NCBI GenBank assembly: GCA_038258395.1
Contig: JBBSPX010000001.1
Span: 1 to 61,912, forward strand
Origin: Gemmatimonadales bacterium
GTDB lineage: Bacteria > Gemmatimonadota > Gemmatimonadetes > Gemmatimonadales > GWC2-71-9
Reading direction: 5' to 3'
DNA length: 61,912 bases
Positions 18,089 to 27,306 of the stretch are shown piece after piece. Positions within the stretch are counted from its first letter, which is position 1; the number at the start of each line of letters is the position of its first letter. Both the position numbers and the translations under genes were made by a program. Below the pieces are notes generated by a model, which saw nothing but the letters and a program-made list of their open reading frames with translations, made no database searches and was not told the origin of the DNA.

Positions 18089-19743
18089 ACTGTCGGCTCC
18101 GCGCCGACGAGCGCGGCATCGACGATCCGTTGCGCCTCGGCGAGGATCTGGTCGAGGTGCGTCCGCCCGCGGAAACTCTCCGCATAGATCTTGTAGATGT
18201 CCTCGGTGCCCGACGGTCGCGCGGCGAACCAGCCATGCTCCGTGGTCACCTTGATGCCGCCGATCGGCGCATTGTTGCCGGGTGCATGCGAGAGCACTTG
18301 GACGATCGGCTCGCCGGCCAGCGTATCGTCGGTGATCGCGGCAGCGTCGAGTTGACTGAGTCGAGCCTTCTGTTCGCGCGACGCCGGCGCCTCGATGCGG
18401 TCATTCACCGGTGCCCCGTGCGCCTCGGCCAGCCTTGCGTAGCAGGCTCCCGGATCCATCCCGGCAACCGCCGTGATCTCCGCCGCGAGCAGCGCCGCCA
18501 CGATGCCATCCTTGTCGGTCGTCCAGACCGTACCGTCGCGTCGAAGGAACGATGCCCCCGCGCTCTCCTCGCCACCGAATCCGAGCGAACCGTCGAACAA
18601 TCCGTCGGCGAACCACTTGAACCCCACCGGCACCTCGTAGAGCCGCCGTCCCGCCGCGGCCGCCACACGGTCGATCATGCTGCTGCTCACCACCGTCTTG
18701 CCGACCGCAGCGCTGTCGGGCCACTCGCCGCGATGCGTGAACAGATGCTCGATCATCACGGCGAGGTAGTGGTTGGGCGGCAGGAGGCCGCTCTCCGGTG
18801 TCACGATGCCGTGACGATCGTGGTCGGTATCGCATGCAGCCGCCACATCGAATCGGTCGGCGATCTGGAGCAACGGTTGCATCGCGTACCTGGACGACGG
18901 ATCCATCCGGATCTTGCCATCCCAATCGACGGCCATGAACCGGAAGGTCGGATCGACGACTTCGCTCACCACGGTGAGATCAAGTCCGTACTCCTCCGCG
19001 ATTCGCCGCCAATAGTGCACGCCGGCGCCGCCCATCGGATCGACTCCGATCCGGACACCGCTCTCCCGGATGGCAGCCATGTCGATCACCGCACCGAGGT
19101 CCTGGATGTAGCGTGAGACGTAGTCGTGCTCGTGGGTCGTCGTGGCCCTGCGCGCCACGGCGTACGACACCCGCTTCACGTCACCGAGCTGGTCCTCGAG
19201 CAGTCGGTTCGCCTCCGCCTCGATGCCGCGTGTGGTAGCGGTGTCGGCTGGGCCACCGTTGGGTGGGTTGTACTTGAATCCGCCGTCAGCCGGCGGATTG
19301 TGCGAGGGCGTGATGACGATCCCATCGGCGAGTTGCTCGCTACGACCACGATTGTGAGTGAGGATGGCATGTGAGATCGCAGGTGTGGGTGTGAAGCCGT
19401 CGTCGTGTGCCAGCATCACATCGACACCATGCGCCGCGAGTACCTCGAGCGCGGTCTCCATCGCCGGTCGGGAAAGCGCATGCGTGTCGATACCGAGGAA
19501 GAGGGGGCCGGTGATCCCGGCACCCTTCCGATATCGACAGATCGCCTCGGTGATCGCGAGGACGTGGGCCACGTTGAAGGTCCGGTCGAACGAGCTGCCC
19601 CGGTGCCCCGACGTGCCGAACGACACCCGTTCCGCAGGAACGGAGGGATCAGGCGCCTCGTCGTGATAGGCTGCGATCAGCGCATCGACATCGACCAGGA
19701 TGTCGGCGGGGGCCAAATGACCAGCGAGTGGATCGATCCTCAC
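18085..19743 (-). CDS. pgm: Phosphoglucomutase (alpha-D-glucose-phosphate specific)
   Basis: Active-site loop 'TPSHNPPADGGFKYN', metal loop 'ACDTDHDRHG' and sugar/phosphate loops 'GGEESAG' and 'RPSGTED'. Confidence 0.95.
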   Translation of the reverse strand: MRIDPLAGHLAPADILVDVDALIAAYHDEAPDPSVPAERVSFGTSGHRGSSFDRTFNVAHVLAITEAICRYRKGAGITGPLFLGIDTHALSRPAMETALEVLAAHGVDVMLAHDDGFTPTPAISHAILTHNRGRSEQLADGIVITPSHNPPADGGFKYNPPNGGPADTATTRGIEAEANRLLEDQLGDVKRVSYAVARRATTTHEHDYVSRYIQDLGAVIDMAAIRESGVRIGVDPMGGAGVHYWRRIAEEYGLDLTVVSEVVDPTFRFMAVDWDGKIRMDPSSRYAMQPLLQIADRFDVAAACDTDHDRHGIVTPESGLLPPNHYLAVMIEHLFTHRGEWPDSAAVGKTVVSSSMIDRVAAAAGRRLYEVPVGFKWFADGLFDGSLGFGGEESAGASFLRRDGTVWTTDKDGIVAALLAAEITAVAGMDPGACYARLAEAHGAPVNDRIEAPASREQKARLSQLDAAAITDDTLAGEPIVQVLSHAPGNNAPIGGIKVTTEHGWFAARPSGTEDIYKIYAESFRGRTHLDQILAEAQRIVDAALVGAEPTV

Positions 19744-19849
19744 AAGCTCTCCCTTGAGGTGTCATGCCGAGTGCATGATGCGGGCCTCTGGATGGTAACC
19801 TGTCCGGACGAACCCGGAGTGATATGCCACTCCTGCAGGAGATCCGCAG

Positions 19850-22291
19850 TCATGACGTCAAATGCGGCAGCACGTAGAGCACACCGAACACGAGCAACCA
19901 GATCACGTCGACGAAGTGCCAGTACAGACTGACATTGGAGAGCCAGCGACGGTCGGTGACTGCGCGACGTGGCGTCCGGCCGGTCGTGAGCACCAGGTAG
20001 CCAAGGAGCAGCAGTCCCACCAGCACGTGGGCACCGTGGATGCCGGTGATGGTGTAGAAACTCGAGCCATACGCATCGGTCGTTGGCAGGAAGGAAAGGC
20101 GTCCGTACTCCCTGACTTGCAGCGCAAGAAAGACCAGGCCAAGCAGCATCGTGAGGGTGATCACGCCACGCCGCGGCTGCGCACCACCACGATGTCCCCA
20201 ATGGAGCACGGCGCTGCTCGCGAGCAGGATCACGGTATTGATCCCCGGCATGAGCAGTTCCGGCGGCGTGTGGACCGGCCAGATCGCCGAGTGATGCTTG
20301 AGATAGAACCAGGTGAAGAAGAGCCCGGCGAAGAGCGCCGCCTCAGTCGCGATGGTGAGCGACATCGCCCACTGTCCGATCGGGTGCCGGTCGTCAGGCA
20401 AGGGACTCGTGTCGTGATCCGCGCCGACCCGAGGCCAGAGCCATGCACCTACCGCGATCACGGTCGCGATCAGCATGATGAGTACCAGCAGCCACTGGCG
20501 CCAGAGCAGCGCCTCGAAGATCCCCAGCACCGCGACCGACAGGTAGAGTGGCATCCGCGAACGCTCCGGCATGCTGACCGCCCCGATCACCTCGGCGGAA
20601 CGCGCCGTCGTGCTCATCGCCTGATGGCCCTCGTCGAGTGCCGGCCCCTCGTGCAGCCTGGTGTGGACCGGTTCGTCGGCGTGCTCCCAGAGTGGATCGC
20701 GGCTCGCGACCTGAGGAATGCTGGTGAAGTTGTGCGCGGGTGGTGGCGACGACACCGACCATTCGAGCGTCGACGCCTGCCAGGGGTTGGCGCCCGCCAC
20801 TGCGCCGTGCCGCCGTGCCCGGAACATCTCGGCAAAGGTCACCAGCAGTCCCACCGCGAACAGGAATGACCCCACGGTGATCAGCAGGTTCCAGCCGTCC
20901 CACCCTTGTCCGGGGAGATAGGTGTAGATCCGGCGCGGCATACCCAGCATCCCCACGATGTGCATCGGGAAGAAGCCGACGTTGAAGCCGATGAACATCA
21001 TCCAGAAGCTGAGCCATCCAATCCGCTCGCGCATCAGGCGGCCGGTGAACTTCGGGAACCAGTAGTAGAGCCCCCCAACGACCGGGAAGAGATTGATGCC
21101 GATCAGCACGTAGTGCAGGTGGCCCACCACGAAGTACGTCTGGGTCAGTTGCCAATCAAAAGGCGCCGAGCCAGTCATCACGCCCGACACGCCACCTATC
21201 ATGAAGGTGAACAGGAAACCGAGCATGAAGAGGAAGGGCGTGCGTACCACTGGACGACCGAGCCAGATCGTCGCGACCCAGGCGAAAACCGATACGGCAC
21301 TGGGGATGGTGATCAGGAGCGACGCGGCGCTGAAGAAGGCCATCACCTGATTCGGCAGTCCGGTCGCGAACATGTGGTGCGCCCAGACGATGAAGCCGAT
21401 CGCGCACACCGCGATCGTCGCGCCTACCACGGCTCGGTACGCCACCAGCGGGCGCCGACAGAAGGTGGGAATGATCTGCGAGGCCATCCCCATCGAGGGC
21501 AACACCACGATGTAGACCCACGGATGACCGAAGATCCAGAAGAGCTGTTGCCAGAGCATCGGATCGCCGCCGAGCCCGACATCGAGGAAGTGGGTACCGA
21601 GCTGACGATCGGCGTAGAGCAGCAGACAGTCGAGCGTGAGTGCCGGGATGGCGAACAGCACGGCAACCGACGCGGTGAGAGTGCCCCAGATCACCACCGG
21701 CACACGGTCGAGGGTCATGCCGGGCGCGCGCATCCGGACGAAGGTCACGACAAAATTGACGGCACCGACGGTGGTCGAGATGCCGAGCAGGATGAGCGAG
21801 AGTGCGTAGAAGTCGATCCCGGAGCGCGGCAGGAACGTCCCCGAGGCGAGCGGCACGTAGTTGAACCAGCCCGCGTTGGGGGCAAGTCCGAACGGCACGC
21901 TGCTGTAGAGCAGCACACCCGCCGCGACGAAGAGCCAGTAGCTCAGCGCATTGATCCGGGGCAGCGCCATATCGCGGGCGCCGAGGAGCAGCGGCCAGAG
22001 ATAGTTGCTGAACCCGGAGAGCACCGGCAGCGCGAAGAGGAACATCATCGTGAGACCGTGCATGGTGAACAACTGGGCGTACGCCTCGGCGGAGACGACT
22101 CCTGCATCGGCGTGCGAGAGCTGGATCCGCATCACCAGCGCCTCGATCCCGCCGAGCACAAGGAAGATCAGCGCCGTGACGAGATAACGCATGCCGATGA
22201 TCTTGTGATCGACGCTGCCCAACCGATCGTACCAGGTGTGCGGTGTTGCCCAGAGTTCCGTCAGCCGCTCCTCTTTGCTCGTGGCGGTCAC
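19850..22291 (-). CDS. ctaD: Cytochrome c oxidase subunit I fused to subunit III (caa3-type I/III fusion)
   Basis: The N-terminal ~540 aa are Cox1 ('WFFGHPWVY'-type 'LFWIFGHPWVYIVVLP', 'HHMFATG', 'VVGHLHYVLIG'). The C-terminal ~250 aa are Cox3 ('FYTITGIHGAHVLVGLLLL', 'LYWHFVDVIWLLVF'). GTG start overlaps the subunit II stop (GTGA). Confidence 0.95.
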   Translation of the reverse strand: MTATSKEERLTELWATPHTWYDRLGSVDHKIIGMRYLVTALIFLVLGGIEALVMRIQLSHADAGVVSAEAYAQLFTMHGLTMMFLFALPVLSGFSNYLWPLLLGARDMALPRINALSYWLFVAAGVLLYSSVPFGLAPNAGWFNYVPLASGTFLPRSGIDFYALSLILLGISTTVGAVNFVVTFVRMRAPGMTLDRVPVVIWGTLTASVAVLFAIPALTLDCLLLYADRQLGTHFLDVGLGGDPMLWQQLFWIFGHPWVYIVVLPSMGMASQIIPTFCRRPLVAYRAVVGATIAVCAIGFIVWAHHMFATGLPNQVMAFFSAASLLITIPSAVSVFAWVATIWLGRPVVRTPFLFMLGFLFTFMIGGVSGVMTGSAPFDWQLTQTYFVVGHLHYVLIGINLFPVVGGLYYWFPKFTGRLMRERIGWLSFWMMFIGFNVGFFPMHIVGMLGMPRRIYTYLPGQGWDGWNLLITVGSFLFAVGLLVTFAEMFRARRHGAVAGANPWQASTLEWSVSSPPPAHNFTSIPQVASRDPLWEHADEPVHTRLHEGPALDEGHQAMSTTARSAEVIGAVSMPERSRMPLYLSVAVLGIFEALLWRQWLLVLIMLIATVIAVGAWLWPRVGADHDTSPLPDDRHPIGQWAMSLTIATEAALFAGLFFTWFYLKHHSAIWPVHTPPELLMPGINTVILLASSAVLHWGHRGGAQPRRGVITLTMLLGLVFLALQVREYGRLSFLPTTDAYGSSFYTITGIHGAHVLVGLLLLGYLVLTTGRTPRRAVTDRRWLSNVSLYWHFVDVIWLLVFGVLYVLPHLTS

Positions 22292-23247
22292 TTGAGGCTC
22301 CGGAGATAGGCGACCAGCCGGTCGAGGTCACCGTCGCTCAGGCCGGTGCGCGGCATCCGGGTCCCCGGCTTCATGGCCTGTGGTGCACGAAGCCAGGCCC
22401 TGAGACCGGCGGCACTGTTCGGTACCACGCCCGCCGCAAGGCTCGCTCGGCTGGCGATATGGGTCAGGTCCGGACCGCCTTGCCCGTCCATCTGCCCCGC
22501 CACACGGTGACATGCGGCGCAACCACGCTGCTGAAAGATCCGGGTCACAGCGGTGTCCGGCGCCGGTCGCAGTTGCTGATTCATCCGCCATGTCTGCCAC
22601 GCCTCGGGCGACTCGGCGATGACCGTCAGCAACATGTTGGCGTGGGAAATCCCGCAATACTCGGCGCACTGGCCGTGGTAGACACCGGCAGTGTCGGCGG
22701 TGAACCACATCGCGAGTTGTCGCCCGGGGATCAGGTCGGTCTTCCCGCCGAGCGCCGGGATCCAGAGCGAGTGGATCACGTCACCCGAATGCAAGTTGAT
22801 CCTGATGCGGCGGCCGACCGGCACGTGGATCTCATTGGCACCGAGGATCGCTTCCGCGCCTTCCGGCGAGGGGTAGCGAACCTCCCACCAGTACTGTCGC
22901 GCGGTCACGTCGAGGGTCAGATCGGCGCGGTCGAATCCCGCGGAATAGTGGAGGATCACCCGGATCGAGTAGATCCCGGTCGCGATCAGGATCACGAACG
23001 CCACCGTGGCTCCGATCATGACCCAGCGTCGGCCGGTGTGGTCACTCGCCCGAAACGCGGCGAGCGGCGCCGTGCCGGCCTCCAGTACGCCCCGGCGGCG
23101 CATTGCCACAGCGATGAGGCCGGTCACGATCAGCACCGCGAGAATCGCCACGATCGTCAAGATGATGCCGAGCCGACTGAGTACGGCGGCCACCTCGCCC
23201 CGAGGGCTGAAGATCGACTGTTGAACCAGCAGCAGGTCAGGGTGCAT
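22288..23247 (-). CDS. ctaC: Cytochrome c oxidase subunit II with C-terminal cytochrome c domain
   Basis: CuA block 'HSLWIPALGGKTDLIPG ... CAEYCGISHANM' and C-terminal heme-c motif 'CAACH'. Confidence 0.9.
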   Translation of the reverse strand: MHPDLLLVQQSIFSPRGEVAAVLSRLGIILTIVAILAVLIVTGLIAVAMRRRGVLEAGTAPLAAFRASDHTGRRWVMIGATVAFVILIATGIYSIRVILHYSAGFDRADLTLDVTARQYWWEVRYPSPEGAEAILGANEIHVPVGRRIRINLHSGDVIHSLWIPALGGKTDLIPGRQLAMWFTADTAGVYHGQCAEYCGISHANMLLTVIAESPEAWQTWRMNQQLRPAPDTAVTRIFQQRGCAACHRVAGQMDGQGGPDLTHIASRASLAAGVVPNSAAGLRAWLRAPQAMKPGTRMPRTGLSDGDLDRLVAYLRSLK

Positions 23248-24652
23248 CGCGAGCCTCCAGCAGTGCCGCCGTCCGACTCGACAGGAAGAGGCTCAGTGCC
23301 TCCAACTCGTAGCTGCTGAGATGACGTGCGTAGGCGGGCATGTTATGCGCCCCGTTGGCGATCCGGAGACGGATGTCGGCGCCGCTCAGGCGATCCCCCA
23401 CCCGCGTGAGGTCGGGACCGTGCCGACCGCCAAACCCTTCGATTCGGTGACAGGCCTCACAAGCCTTGTCGTGGAAGAGCAACGCCCCCTGCATTACCTC
23501 CGGGTCACGGCTCGATACCACCCCGGCCGGGAGTGGCGGCGCGGTGGTGTCGGGCGTCCATGGCGCACGGGCACCCATCCGCAGCAAGGCGCCTCCGGCG
23601 AGCGGCACGATCAAGACCACGATCCACGCCCACGGACGGCGCACGGGATGACGATGGCCGCTCGGGAAGAGCAGCGGCAGCGCCACGAGCCCCACCCCGG
23701 CGGCCAGGGGTAGCAGCCAGATCAGCCAGGCCTCGAGCCGCGGCGGCAACACCGCCAGGATTGCGAAATACCAGAGCAGGTACCAATCCGGGCGCGGGTC
23801 TCGGGCGACCAGTGATGGATCGGGCGGCAGGCCGAGCTCCCGGGGACCGATGAGCACCGCAAGGGTCATGATCAGCAGCAGCAGTCCGAAACCGACCACG
23901 ACATCGCGCCACATCGCATCGGGAAAGAATGGCTCACCCGAACTGTGGAGCAGACGCTGATACCAGGCACGATACGTCCTGGGATCAACCGGTCGATCGA
24001 CCGAGGGCGGCTCGGAGACACCGTTCCGGATCACCAGATAGAGATGGAGCCCGATCCCCAAAATGATCAACCCGGGGATGATTAGGACGTGGTACGCGAA
24101 GAAGTGACTGAGCGTCTCACCGCCGATGTTGTCACCCGAGAGCATGAAGCGGGCGAGCAGGTGCCCCACGAACGGCGCGCGCGCCGCCTGCTCCGCACCT
24201 ATCACCGCCGACCAGACGCCGTCCTGATCCCAGCGAAGCACCTGCCCGGTGAACGCCATCGAGAGCGTGAGGGCGAACAGCAGCACGCCAGAGAGCCAAT
24301 TCATTTCGCGAGGGAACTTGTACGATCCGGTGAGGAATACCCGGATCATGTGCATCCCGATCAGCACCACCATCGCGGACGCGCCGAAGAAGTGCATCCC
24401 TCGAAGAAAGCGACCGAGCATCGCCTGATTGGTGATGTACTGGAGGCTCTCGTATGCGCTGCCTGCCGCAGGCACATACACGGTGGCCAGCGCCGCACCC
24501 GTCGCGAGCTGGAGGAGGAACGCCATCAGGGTCGCGCTGCCGAAGACGTACAGCCAGCCGGTTCCCGGCGGCACCGGGTGCTCCAGCAGACGCCGGGCGA
24601 CTGCGCCGAGCCCGGTCCGATCCTCGAGCCAATCGAGGAGGCGGCGCATCAC
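23237..24652 (-). CDS. Cytochrome b (bc-complex) fused to a C-terminal mono-haem cytochrome c
   Basis: 'WLYVFGSATLMAFLLQLATG' and 'RGMHFFGASAMVVLIGMHMIRVF' are cytochrome b N-domain blocks. Extra TM helices follow, then 'CEACH' near the C-terminus. Confidence 0.9.
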   Translation of the reverse strand: MMRRLLDWLEDRTGLGAVARRLLEHPVPPGTGWLYVFGSATLMAFLLQLATGAALATVYVPAAGSAYESLQYITNQAMLGRFLRGMHFFGASAMVVLIGMHMIRVFLTGSYKFPREMNWLSGVLLFALTLSMAFTGQVLRWDQDGVWSAVIGAEQAARAPFVGHLLARFMLSGDNIGGETLSHFFAYHVLIIPGLIILGIGLHLYLVIRNGVSEPPSVDRPVDPRTYRAWYQRLLHSSGEPFFPDAMWRDVVVGFGLLLLIMTLAVLIGPRELGLPPDPSLVARDPRPDWYLLWYFAILAVLPPRLEAWLIWLLPLAAGVGLVALPLLFPSGHRHPVRRPWAWIVVLIVPLAGGALLRMGARAPWTPDTTAPPLPAGVVSSRDPEVMQGALLFHDKACEACHRIEGFGGRHGPDLTRVGDRLSGADIRLRIANGAHNMPAYARHLSSYELEALSLFLSSRTAALLEARDAP

Positions 24653-24670
24653 GACCGGGAGGTCATCGCG

Positions 24671-25174
24671 CTACGCCATCACGATCGGCGAGGTGCCGAT
24701 CTCGACCCGTCCCGCACTCACACGCACCGGCAAGCGCACCAGCGGATGGAGCGGCGGACCGGAGGCGACGGAACCGTCGTCGTGATAGACGCCGCCGTGA
24801 CATGGGCAGAGGAAGAGCCCTGCCTTCGCCTGCCAGAGCACCGGGCAACCGAGATGGGTGCAGTTCGTACTGAAGGCAGTGAAGTCCTCTGGCATCTCAT
24901 GCCGCACCCATGCACCCGAATTTCCGCTCTCCTCGGCCCACTGTTCGACGTGCGCATTCTCGAAGGACACGAGCAGGGTCGTCCCGACCGGGAAGTCGTC
25001 GAGACTCCCGATATCGCGCCATCGTTGCGGCACCCGACGAAAGAGACTCCGAGTGATGAAGCCGACAACCGGGATCCCCACCAGCGCTCCGGCGAGCAGT
25101 GACAACCCGACGGAGAGCCGTCCGAGAAATCGCCGGCGAGTGGACATGGTATCCCGTGATGGTGGTACCTCCAT
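24671..25174 (-). CDS. Rieske [2Fe-2S] subunit
   Basis: 'CTHLGCPV' and 'CPCHGGVY' boxes, plus the Tat-like 'STRRRFLGRLS'. Start set at ATG 25174, with 'ggaggg' 7 nt upstream (alternative ATG 25147). The track start 25270 is rejected. Confidence 0.85.
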   Translation of the reverse strand: MEVPPSRDTMSTRRRFLGRLSVGLSLLAGALVGIPVVGFITRSLFRRVPQRWRDIGSLDDFPVGTTLLVSFENAHVEQWAEESGNSGAWVRHEMPEDFTAFSTNCTHLGCPVLWQAKAGLFLCPCHGGVYHDDGSVASGPPLHPLVRLPVRVSAGRVEIGTSPIVMA

Positions 25175-25217
25175 CCTGCGACCCTCCAAAATGGCGTGTA
25201 CGGTCACGCTCGACGAC

Positions 25218-25877
25218 CTATTCGGCTGTCCATGTCGGCGTCCCGACGAAGAGATGATTGACGATTCCAATCTCGTACATCAGCATGAGCCCGAATCCCA
25301 GGCTCAGCACGCCGGCTCCAACTCGGAGCGCGTTGGGCCACCGCGACGAGGCGAGGCGCCCGCTCCGGAACGGCAGTGCCAGGACTGCCGTGATGATGGC
25401 CATGCCGATCAGAGTGCCAACACCAAAGAGCGCCAGGTAGGCCAGGGCCCACCTGGCGTCGGAAATGGTTGCCAGGACCAGCAACGCCACGGCAGCCGAG
25501 CCCGCGAGCCCATGCACCAACCCGATTCCGAACGGCCGCGTATGCCGGTGTCGGGAATCCTCCGACCCGGCCGCATGCGGTGCACGTCGGAGTGCCAGCA
25601 GGCCGAGCAGCACGAGCATGATGCCGACGGCGAATTCCATGGCCAAGCCCACTCGGGGTGGGATGATCAATTCGAAGAGGATGATGGCGCCGCCGAGCAG
25701 CAGGATCGTCGTGGTGTGGCCGAGGCCCCAGATCGCACCGATCAACGCGGCACCGCCCGCTTTGCCACGTTCGGAGACGATCGTCGTCACCGCCACCACG
25801 TGATCCGCGTCGGTGGCATGGCGCATCCCGAGGACCAATCCGAGCACGCCAATCGAGACAGCATCAGTCATGTGCAC
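25218..25877 (-). CDS. NiCoT/UreH-like divalent-metal transporter-family membrane protein
   Basis: Six hydrophobic helices and the 'HATDADH' signature of Ni/Co-transporter-like proteins, plus a His-rich loop 'DSRHRHTRP'. The start overlaps the stop of the GH144-like gene by 14 nt. Confidence 0.6.
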   Translation of the reverse strand: MHMTDAVSIGVLGLVLGMRHATDADHVVAVTTIVSERGKAGGAALIGAIWGLGHTTTILLLGGAIILFELIIPPRVGLAMEFAVGIMLVLLGLLALRRAPHAAGSEDSRHRHTRPFGIGLVHGLAGSAAVALLVLATISDARWALAYLALFGVGTLIGMAIITAVLALPFRSGRLASSRWPNALRVGAGVLSLGFGLMLMYEIGIVNHLFVGTPTWTAE

Positions 25878-27306
25878 CCCCAGAACCGGCCGGCAGCTGG
25901 TGCGCCACGAGGTCGTCCTGCTGGTGAATATTACGGCGTCCCTCCCCCTCCACCCACCCGCCCCTGAATCCTGCCCGCAACAGCCCGGTGCGCAAATATG
26001 GGCACGAACGCATCAGTCTCCAGATCAACCCGGACTCGTAGTTCTCGACGGCAAGCACGATCGGCCCTTGGTTGAGCGCGTAGTGCCACGGGGATACCCA
26101 TCCCCGACCCTTGGGATCAGCTGACCACGACGGGTTGAAAGAGTTGGTGAACCCGAACGGGCCATAGCTGTCGACGTGGAGGTCGGCAAGACGGTCGAGA
26201 GTCTCCTTGACCAACTCCGGCGCGAACGGCAGAGAGGCGAGCACGGCCCAGGCCGCCAGCGTGCCGTCGTCGGGGCCGTAGGGCACTCCACGGGCGCAGT
26301 AGTCCCAGAAGTGGCGGCGCTTCCCTCTAACAGTGCGGCTTCCGGGTCCGGGGCCGTCCGAGGCCGTGACGCCCCAGAGGTTCTCGGCGTAACCGGCGAA
26401 CCCGCGTGGATTGCGCACGGCGTATGCATGCTGCACATAGCACGCACGACGCGAGTTCAGGAAGTAGTCGATCCCCTTCTCCTTCATGTAGGCGTCCTGA
26501 ATGTCGCGGAAATCGATCCACAGATGCGGGTACTGGTGGATGAAAAGCGGTCCCGCGTACAAATACTCGATGTCGTACACCTTCTTCCAGCAATAGGTCC
26601 GGGTGAACGCCTGGTAACTCTCGGGTGGGATCGGGTGAGTTGGCGAGCCGAGGGCGAGGACATAGAGGAGGAGCCCTTCGTTGTATCCCTCCCAGCGTGC
26701 CCGCAGGAAGCCGCGTTCAGGTGTCCAGCCCATCGACACCGCAGAGATCGCGTCGGTGTCCGCTGGCGTGCCATGACACGGAGCATTCAGTGCCCAATCC
26801 CACTCGATGCGGCGGTAGAGGACCTCGGTGAGGTCACGGATCTCCCGCTCTCCGGCGGAATCACCATCGAAGTACTCTGCCGCAGTCAGTGCACCGGCAA
26901 TGAGGAGTGTCGTGTCGATCGTCGAGAGTTCGCTCTCCCGGGCACGCCTGCCGGTGCTGGAGTCCAGAAAGTGATAGTAGAAACCGCGATACCCCGTCCC
27001 GTCGCGCCCGCCGTCCTGCGGCGCGTCGTGAAAGAAGCGCAGCGGTCGGAGGGCGCGCATGACCGATTCCTTGCGATCCAACCAGCCGGCCTCCACGGCA
27101 CACGGCAACCCTGCGAGGGCGAAGCCCACCCCGGTGATGCTGCTGGGAGCTGCGTCCCGGGTACTGTCGGCCACGAGGCCTGTCTTGGAGTCGGAGTTCT
27201 GAAGAAAGTATTCGTACGAATCCCTCGCAACGCGCAAGTATTGGTCACGACCGGGTGCAAGATCCCTGAGTGGACGATCAAAAGACGGAACGCGCGACGG
27301 CGTCAT
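25864..27306 (-). CDS. GH144-like / 'glucoamylase-family' (DUF3131) glycoside hydrolase
   Basis: Trimmed to ATG 27306, which makes an ATGA overlap with the GH39 stop. 'YRGFYYHFLDSSTGRRA..ELSTIDTTLLIAGALTAAEYF' resembles the (alpha/alpha)6 endo-beta-1,2-glucanase family from memory. The family call is only moderate. Confidence 0.65.
   Translation of the reverse strand: MTPSRVPSFDRPLRDLAPGRDQYLRVARDSYEYFLQNSDSKTGLVADSTRDAAPSSITGVGFALAGLPCAVEAGWLDRKESVMRALRPLRFFHDAPQDGGRDGTGYRGFYYHFLDSSTGRRARESELSTIDTTLLIAGALTAAEYFDGDSAGEREIRDLTEVLYRRIEWDWALNAPCHGTPADTDAISAVSMGWTPERGFLRARWEGYNEGLLLYVLALGSPTHPIPPESYQAFTRTYCWKKVYDIEYLYAGPLFIHQYPHLWIDFRDIQDAYMKEKGIDYFLNSRRACYVQHAYAVRNPRGFAGYAENLWGVTASDGPGPGSRTVRGKRRHFWDYCARGVPYGPDDGTLAAWAVLASLPFAPELVKETLDRLADLHVDSYGPFGFTNSFNPSWSADPKGRGWVSPWHYALNQGPIVLAVENYESGLIWRLMRSCPYLRTGLLRAGFRGGWVEGEGRRNIHQQDDLVAHQLPAGSGGAHD

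Noticed and set aside
20906-22309. 467-aa plus ORF and 391-aa minus ORF (21156..22331) overlapping cytochrome oxidase subunit I
   Set aside because: Both are His/Arg/Glu/Asp-rich nonsense frames. The Cox1/Cox3 reading frame is unambiguous.
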